Positions 58,197 through 64,000 of a stretch of 64,000 nt of DNA are shown one piece after another. The notes under the pieces were generated by a model. The model was given only the letters and a program-made list of their open reading frames with translations. It was not told the DNA's origin and did not search any database. A program made the position numbers and the translations under genes. Source of the DNA: Candidatus Buchananbacteria bacterium (lineage in GTDB: Bacteria; Patescibacteriota; Patescibacteriia; 2-01-FULL-39-33; JBAYJR01); assembly GCA_041665005.1 (NCBI GenBank), contig JBAYJR010000009.1, positions 203 to 64,202 on the forward strand, given 5' to 3'. Position 1 is the stretch's first letter. Every line of letters begins with the position of its first letter.

Positions 58197-58955
58197 ATGA
58201 TGGAAGATTTAAAAAATCATTGGCCAAAGTTACTGATAGTTTTGGTAGTAATTTTAGCCATCACCAGCATTGTAATTGTGGCTTTATTGCGTGATCGGTT
58301 GGTTAGTAATAATCAATGGACCGTTTCGGTTAATGGTCGCGGTCGGGTGTTAATTAAGCCAGATTTAGCAGTGATTAATTTGGGAGTAGATACTTTTAAA
58401 GTATCTACCGCTAAAGAAGCTTTAGCGCAAAATAGTGTTAAAATGAATAAAATTTCGGCTAAGTTAAAAGAATTGGGTATTGCCGAAATGGATATCAAAA
58501 CTACCAATTATAATTTGAGCCCGGTTTATGAAGTGTTTGATGGCCGAAGCCGACCAACCGGTTATACGGTTAATCAACAACTAACCATTAAGGTTAGAGA
58601 TTTGACTAAGGTGGGAGTAATCATTGAAGCGGTAACCAACGAAGGTGCTAATCAAATTGGTGAGGTTAGTTTTACGGTGGATAATTTAGAAGCAGTTAAA
58701 GATGAAGCGCGCTTATTAGCGATTGCTGATGCTAAAGCGAAGGCTGGTAAATTAGCACAAACAGCGGGAGTACGTTTAGGCAAAACGGTCGGTTTTTGGG
58801 AAAATTATGTTTCTGGTTCCGAGGCTGATGTTTATGGTAAAGGGGGAATTGGTGGCGGGATGGCGGTTAATCAAGCCTCAATTAGTCTGCCACCGGTGAG
58901 TGGTGGTCAATTGGAAGTAATCGTAGAAATGAGTTTAACTTACAAAATTAAATAA
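58197..58955 (+). CDS. SIMPL/DUF541 family protein
   Basis: VSVNGRG..KPDLA.I.LGV, AIADAKAKA..LA. Confidence 0.92.
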   Translation: MMEDLKNHWPKLLIVLVVILAITSIVIVALLRDRLVSNNQWTVSVNGRGRVLIKPDLAVINLGVDTFKVSTAKEALAQNSVKMNKISAKLKELGIAEMDIKTTNYNLSPVYEVFDGRSRPTGYTVNQQLTIKVRDLTKVGVIIEAVTNEGANQIGEVSFTVDNLEAVKDEARLLAIADAKAKAGKLAQTAGVRLGKTVGFWENYVSGSEADVYGKGGIGGGMAVNQASISLPPVSGGQLEVIVEMSLTYKIK

Positions 58956-58965
58956 GCGTTATTTG

Positions 58966-58999
58966 GCGCCCCGACTCATTAGTCGGGGCGCTATTTTTT
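58966..58999 (+). terminator. Intrinsic terminator
   Basis: GCGCCCCGACT-CATT-AGTCGGGGCGC followed by T run. Confidence 0.75.
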
Positions 59000-59012
59000 A
59001 GCCGATTTTTTT

Positions 59013-59471
59013 ATGGCTCAAGATATTTATGTGATTTGTGATAATTTAAGAAGCCTTTATAATGTTGGTTCAATTTTTCGGACCAGCGATGCGATTGGTG
59101 TTAAAAAAATTTATTTAGTTGGTATTACGGGCCAGCCACCTCAGGCCGGCATTGCCAAAGTAGCTTTGGGAGCCGAAAATATTATTCCTTGGGAATATGT
59201 AAAAAATTATGCCACTTTATTAAAAAAAATAAAAACTAAAAAGATTACCTTGGTGGCTTTGGAACAAACTAAAAAAAGTCTGCCTTATTTTAAATTTAAA
59301 CCTAATTTTCCTTTGGCTTTGGTAGTTGGCAATGAAGTTTTAGGGGTTAATAAAAAGTTATTAGCTAAATGTTCAACGGTAGTTTATTTACCCCAGCAAG
59401 GGCTGAAAGAATCTTTAAATGTGTCGGTGGCTTTTGGGGTAATGGCTTATTATTTACGTCAGTCAAACTAA
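59013..59471 (+). CDS. SpoU/TrmH family RNA methyltransferase
   Basis: NVGSIFRT, VGNEV.G, ESLNVSVA. Confidence 0.93.
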   Translation: MAQDIYVICDNLRSLYNVGSIFRTSDAIGVKKIYLVGITGQPPQAGIAKVALGAENIIPWEYVKNYATLLKKIKTKKITLVALEQTKKSLPYFKFKPNFPLALVVGNEVLGVNKKLLAKCSTVVYLPQQGLKESLNVSVAFGVMAYYLRQSN

Positions 59472-59514
59472 TAAAAAAGAGCCGAAATTATTTTTCGGCT
59501 CCAGATTTGATTAA

Positions 59515-59673
59515 TTAGGCAAAGGTGGCGTCAGTGATCGCTTGTCGTGAATCGGCGTGAATGCCGGCTTGGCAACTTTTTAAATGTAAGTTAATTTGTT
59601 TTTTTTCTTCAGTGGTTAGAGTTTTTCCGGCTAACCATTTTTTGATTAAATTTTCAGTTTTTTGGCAATTCAT
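59515..59673 (-). CDS. 52-aa protein resembling a zf-HC2 anti-sigma N-terminus (not in ORF track)
   Basis: MNCQKTENLIKKWLAGKTLTTEEKKQINLHLKSCQAG..; AGGAGG SD. Confidence 0.55.
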   Translation of the reverse strand: MNCQKTENLIKKWLAGKTLTTEEKKQINLHLKSCQAGIHADSRQAITDATFA

Positions 59674-59697
59674 TTTAACCCCTCCTTGGGTTTAAGC

Positions 59698-61269
59698 TTA
59701 ACGAATCAAACATTGCCAGGGTCCGTTAGCGGCGATTATTTGTTGGATAGTGACCAATTCTTTTTTGGCGGTAATAGTATTTCCTAGTTGTTGACTGGCT
59801 TCGGGTTTTAAGTAGCTTAGATTAGGAAAATTATGTGCATTAATTAAACCCATGAGATATAAATCCAGGTTTGGTAATTGACGCTGTAAATCTGGTTTTA
59901 AATAAAGGCCACTGGTAAAAGTTCCATCAAAATTATCTTGCCAGCCCCAACCACCCAAAGGAGAAATAAAAGTATTATATAAATTCCAGTGGGCATTGTC
60001 GTTGTCAGCCAGCAAGGCGTTGTTTAATTTTCCTTGCTGGTCTACAAATAAAGCGGAGCCGCTCCAGTGATGTAAAATCTCGTGAATTGCATAATTAGTA
60101 GAAGTTTGTAGGGAATCTAAATCTTCAGTGCTGTATTTAATCAAGTTGCCCATTACAATAATTCCTTTTAATTTTCCACGGCTACCATAAAGCGTGGAAC
60201 GATCAAGTAAATTTTTGCCGGTGCCAGAAAAATCATTTCTGACTGGTAGGTAGTTAGCAACATTCTTTTCGCCAGCGATAAAATTATTATAAATAAAAAC
60301 AAAATCAAATTGGTCGGGATTTTGATCATAAAAAAGATTAATCACTTCATTGTTTAAAACCTCTTGTCCGGCTTCTCGGCTAACCGTTAGCTCATTAGCT
60401 GGTAAGGTAAAGGTAGTATAGGTAGTATTAATAGAGGCTAAGTTATCCGTGGCCCAGGCATAGCCTCGAGCTAAATCTCTTTTTAAATTATCCAGCTTGG
60501 CTAATTCTTGGTTGGTTGGGGTTTGACGGTAAACTAAAATAACCGCGGCTTTAAGTTTTTTATTTTCACAATCAGCAGTACTAGTTGAGTGGTTAGTAGC
60601 TGGTTCGGCAATTTTTGCTTCATAGCCAGTAATTTCTTTTTGGCGATTATTATATAACCAATTGCCACTAACGGCATCAGTTAATTGGTAGCCGTTAGCA
60701 ATAATTGCCTGGGGATTGGCAAAGGGCTGTAAGCTATCGTTGGTTTTCCAAAAATATTTAGTAGTTTTTTGGCCTGAATCATAGTATTGATAAACTAAAT
60801 CATCAGGAAAGGCCTGAGCCGCTAAGGTTTGACCAACAATATAATCATTATAAACAAAGTCTGGTAAAGTAATTAGTCTGTTGGACCAGTTTTGGCCATA
60901 AATGTAAATTACGTCAGTTAAATTATTAAAAGGGCTTAAAACACCACCAGCTTCTACGGCGTAAAGGGTGGGATGGTAGGGAAATTTAACCAAATTTTTT
61001 CCTGGTCGAAGTGTTAAATTTTTGCCTAAAGGTATTTGAGTTAGCACCTCGGATGTGACTGTTTTAACTTTAGACCAATCGCGATCAAACCAAGAGTAAT
61101 AAGTTTCCGCGGTGGGTATTAGGTGTCTAAGGTTATTTTGGTCAACATAGTAAACGGCCGGATTATTTTTAAGTTTGATTAATTTAAAAATTGGTTGACT
61201 ATTAGCCAAGCTGGACAGTGGCAACAAAAAAGTTAGGATTAGGCTTGAAATAAATAATTTTTTTGTCAT
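59698..61269 (-). CDS. Secreted protein with repeated beta-rich surface modules and C-terminal HEXXH metalloprotease-like domain
   Basis: True start ATG 61269 (MTKKLFISSLIL.. signal peptide); HEILHHW. Confidence 0.8.
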   Translation of the reverse strand: MTKKLFISSLILTFLLPLSSLANSQPIFKLIKLKNNPAVYYVDQNNLRHLIPTAETYYSWFDRDWSKVKTVTSEVLTQIPLGKNLTLRPGKNLVKFPYHPTLYAVEAGGVLSPFNNLTDVIYIYGQNWSNRLITLPDFVYNDYIVGQTLAAQAFPDDLVYQYYDSGQKTTKYFWKTNDSLQPFANPQAIIANGYQLTDAVSGNWLYNNRQKEITGYEAKIAEPATNHSTSTADCENKKLKAAVILVYRQTPTNQELAKLDNLKRDLARGYAWATDNLASINTTYTTFTLPANELTVSREAGQEVLNNEVINLFYDQNPDQFDFVFIYNNFIAGEKNVANYLPVRNDFSGTGKNLLDRSTLYGSRGKLKGIIVMGNLIKYSTEDLDSLQTSTNYAIHEILHHWSGSALFVDQQGKLNNALLADNDNAHWNLYNTFISPLGGWGWQDNFDGTFTSGLYLKPDLQRQLPNLDLYLMGLINAHNFPNLSYLKPEASQQLGNTITAKKELVTIQQIIAANGPWQCLIR

Positions 61270-61271
61270 AG

Positions 61272-61344
61272 TCGGGGTAGTGAGACTCGAACTCACGGCC
61301 TCGTCGTCCCGAACGACGCGCGCTACCAACTGCGCTATACCCCG
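61272..61344 (-). tRNA. tRNA-Pro(CGG)
   Basis: CGGGGTA..TACCCCG-A; CGTCG-TT-CGG-GA-CGACG. Confidence 0.96.
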
Positions 61345-61432
61345 TTAATCGTTTGAATTCTAGCAAAAATCAGACAAAAAGAAAAGGGCTTACATATCAT
61401 GCAAGCCCCAAGTTTCAGGGCAGGAGAGAAAG

Positions 61433-61624
61433 TTATTTATAGATTATTTTGTAACTTTCTCTTTTTTGTTTAGCCTCGGCCAACATATTATTGAGGCTAT
61501 AACCTCCGGCCATTAATATTAGGCCGAAAATTGCAGTGGCTAACGATCCAGTTAGGATGAGGCCACCAGTAAGCATTGCCACAGCCGTTGTTCTGGCCAG
61601 GCCTCGGCGGACTTTCAAAGTCAT
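61433..61624 (-). CDS. Small two-TM protein
   Basis: AAGGAG SD; TTGACA-17-TATACT at 61662-61690; hairpin at about 61385-61408. Confidence 0.7.
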   Translation of the reverse strand: MTLKVRRGLARTTAVAMLTGGLILTGSLATAIFGLILMAGGYSLNNMLAEAKQKRESYKIIYK

Positions 61625-61774
61625 TGTTTCATCTCCTTTAGGTGTATTTTACTCGTTTTCTAGTATAGCACATATTTAATATTTTGTCAAGAGATTTAAG
61701 TTTGCTCCTTTAAAATTAAGCCTTTTATTAACAATTGAAATTTTTTATTAAAAAGGCTATAATTTATAAACTTT

Positions 61775-62464
61775 ATGTCAGAAAATACCATCAATCATCT
61801 TGCCATTATCATGGATGGCAATCGGCGCTGGGCCAAAGAGCACGGTTTGCCGTCTTTAGAGGGTCATCGAGTTGGCTATGAAACCTTAAAAAAGATTGCC
61901 CAGGCTTGTTTAGCGCGCGGTATTAAATACTTAACGGTTTATGCTTTTTCAACCGAGAATTGGCAACGTAGCACGGAAGAGGTTTCCTATTTAATGAATT
62001 TATTAAAAGAAGCTTTGGTTAACGATTTAGTGGTTTTTGCTAAAAATAATATTCGGTTGAGAGTTTTTGGCGACCGGCAGAAATTGGCAGCAGATATTCA
62101 ATTGGCCATTAGCCAGGCAGAAGAGGCTACTAAAAATAATCTTGGCGCTACTTTGGGGTTGTGTCTAAATTATGGTGGTCGCGATGAAATTTTACGAGCG
62201 GTAAAAAAAATAGTGGCACAAAAAAAAGCGGCCACCGAAATTACCGAGCAATTATTAGCCGAGAATTTAGATACTATCAGTATGCCAGACCCCGAAGTAA
62301 TTATTCGCACCTCCGGGGAACAGCGGACTTCTGGATTTTTAACCTGGCAGGCAGTTTATGCGGAATTATTTTTTGTGAATAAACACTGGCCAGATTTTAA
62401 TGAGTCGGATTTAAATCAAGTAATCACCGAATATCAAAATCGCCAAAGAAGATTTGGTAAATAA
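61775..62464 (+). CDS. uppS: Undecaprenyl diphosphate synthase
   Basis: IIMDGNRRWA, YAFSTENW.R, IRTSGEQR.SGF. Confidence 0.98.
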   Translation: MSENTINHLAIIMDGNRRWAKEHGLPSLEGHRVGYETLKKIAQACLARGIKYLTVYAFSTENWQRSTEEVSYLMNLLKEALVNDLVVFAKNNIRLRVFGDRQKLAADIQLAISQAEEATKNNLGATLGLCLNYGGRDEILRAVKKIVAQKKAATEITEQLLAENLDTISMPDPEVIIRTSGEQRTSGFLTWQAVYAELFFVNKHWPDFNESDLNQVITEYQNRQRRFGK

Positions 62465-62531
62465 GTAACGGCCAAGTAAGCCGTTTTTTGGTTTGAAAAT
62501 TTGTATTTTTAGGTGTAAGATAGAAGCAAAT

Positions 62532-64000
62532 ATGCTAAATTTATTTAGTCAAAAAAGTAATAAAATTTTATTAGCACTGGTTTTGCTAGCTATATTTTTA
62601 AGGTTGTGGGGTTTAGCTCAGGTTGGTTTACAAAATGACGCGGCAGTAAATTCGGTACGGGCGGTTGGTTGGTTCGATTTTTTGGCGGGCAAGGAACAAA
62701 CCTCGCCATTAGTTTGGTTTGGACATATTCCTTGGTGGGCAAATCTATCTTTTCACGATCATCCGCCGCTAGTTTATTTTATTCAGTTTGTTTTTTTTAG
62801 ATTATTTGGTGCGACCAGCCTAATAGCATTGTTACCGTTTGCTTTAGCTGGAATTTTTACTCTATTTGTTCTTTATTTTTTATTAAAGTTGGCAGACTCC
62901 GAGGCCACGGGGCTTTTAGCTGCCGCAATTTTTACGGTTAGTTCTTACGCTACTTGGATTACTCGTACTGGTTATTTAGAGGGAGTGGAGATTTTGTTTA
63001 TTGCTGGTGCGGTTTATTTTTTAGTTAAATATACAAAAGAACAGCAGGGCAGATATCTGTATTTATTATTTACTAGTTGTGGCTTAGCACTAATAAGTAA
63101 ATATACAGCGGTTTTTCTTTTGCCGGCGGTAATTTTATTTTTTTTAATTTGGCGCCGTAATATTTTTAAGAAAAAAGAATTTTGGTTATCTTTGTTGTTG
63201 TTGTTAACAATAGTTTCACCAGTAATTTTTTATAATATAATGGTTTTTAGGTATCGCGGGCATTTTGATGCGGCTTTTTCTTCAATGATTGGCATGAACC
63301 CAAGCGATTATCAAACTTTGTCATATCGGCATATTAATTTTAATGCTCTCAGCAATATTAAAGAGCTGGTTTTGGTACTTTATAGAAACAATTCTTGGCC
63401 ATGGTTTGTTGGCTATTTTTTGGCTTTGGCTTTTGGGTTGTGGCAACTGGTTACTAAAAAAGATTCCTGGTTGATTAAGTTTTCTACTTTAGCCATGATT
63501 ACGATAATTTTAATGTATTTAGTTACCCCGACTGCACCAAGATTTTTATCCATAGTTTTGCCGTTTTTTTGTATTAATGCCGCCCTAGCTACTAAGACCT
63601 GGTATAAAAAAATCTTTACTATTTTTTATGCTAGGGCGTTTATTGTGTTATTAGTCATATTATTTTTGTTTGAGTTGTTTTACAATTTTAATACCAATGT
63701 TTTTAGGAGTCCGGTTGGCCGTCCTAATGTTGATTATTCAGCTAGTCGGTTTTATGATAATGGTTTTGAGGCACTACATAAGTACATTCGGCAGAATATT
63801 TTTTCTACCTTGCCTTCATTTAGACGTATTAGTAGCTTAAGCCCAGAGACAACTCAGTTAAATTTAACCGGTGGATCGGTCGTGTTGTTTGATGAACGAG
63901 TTGATTGGTTTTCGCGAATGTGGTATATCGATCGTTATATTTTTTATTATAACCTGCCAATTGTTTTTCTTACTGATTTAGAAAATAGCTTGCCGATCGG
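62532..64000 (+). CDS. ArnT/PMT-family (GT-C) membrane glycosyltransferase, 3'-truncated by window
   Basis: Open frame from ATG 62532; FHDHPPLVYF, LALISKYTA, many TM segments. Confidence 0.85.
   Translation, partial: MLNLFSQKSNKILLALVLLAIFLRLWGLAQVGLQNDAAVNSVRAVGWFDFLAGKEQTSPLVWFGHIPWWANLSFHDHPPLVYFIQFVFFRLFGATSLIALLPFALAGIFTLFVLYFLLKLADSEATGLLAAAIFTVSSYATWITRTGYLEGVEILFIAGAVYFLVKYTKEQQGRYLYLLFTSCGLALISKYTAVFLLPAVILFFLIWRRNIFKKKEFWLSLLLLLTIVSPVIFYNIMVFRYRGHFDAAFSSMIGMNPSDYQTLSYRHINFNALSNIKELVLVLYRNNSWPWFVGYFLALAFGLWQLVTKKDSWLIKFSTLAMITIILMYLVTPTAPRFLSIVLPFFCINAALATKTWYKKIFTIFYARAFIVLLVILFLFELFYNFNTNVFRSPVGRPNVDYSASRFYDNGFEALHKYIRQNIFSTLPSFRRISSLSPETTQLNLTGGSVVLFDERVDWFSRMWYIDRYIFYYNLPIVFLTDLENSLPI

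Noticed and set aside
61270-61329. ORF-track N-terminal extension MVARVVRDDEAVSSSLTTPT
   Set aside because: It is the tRNA-Pro sequence; the signal peptide starts at ATG 61269.

Overview
Low-GC, almost entirely + strand chromosomal segment of a Patescibacteria (CPR, Parcubacteria-like) bacterium using genetic code 11. The taxonomy is inferred from the absence of rpmD/L30 from the spc operon, SD-less AT-rich leaders, a short AspRS and an archaeal-type ProRS. 1-24 kb is housekeeping: fusA-tuf, S10/spc ribosomal protein operons, secY-adk-map, ruvX, recO, aspS, scpAB, dac, tpiA, fba, then a tRNA cluster (Thr, Tyr, Thr, rpmG, Trp). The most interesting region starts at the tRNA-Trp 3' end (24.87 kb to about 32.5-34 kb). 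It is an integrative element with a large serine recombinase, an HUH rolling-circle Rep, a catalytic-domain-less recombinase paralog, HicBA and a DUF4145 gene, followed by single-gene cassettes. The cassettes are separated by four 28-bp repeats whose right ends resemble the tRNA-Trp 3' end. The recombinase ORF currently ends inside the antisense of the tRNA (..LQMQGV*). Each repeat, read on the minus strand in the same register, encodes a different alternative recombinase C-terminal tail (ALWYNVGTFL*, QALWDNVGTMLKTIKTLGA*, QALWGNVGTFLSLPEKN*, QGIIEDVRTRIIRLVSQTA*). This suggests an att-site array in which recombination both moves cargo cassettes and swaps the recombinase C-terminus. The rest of the window holds envelope, redox and transport genes, proS, mgtA, pilM, tRNA-Pro, uppS, several unannotated small ORFs, and a recurring fused terminator/promoter module. 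All calls are by eye; no searches were run.
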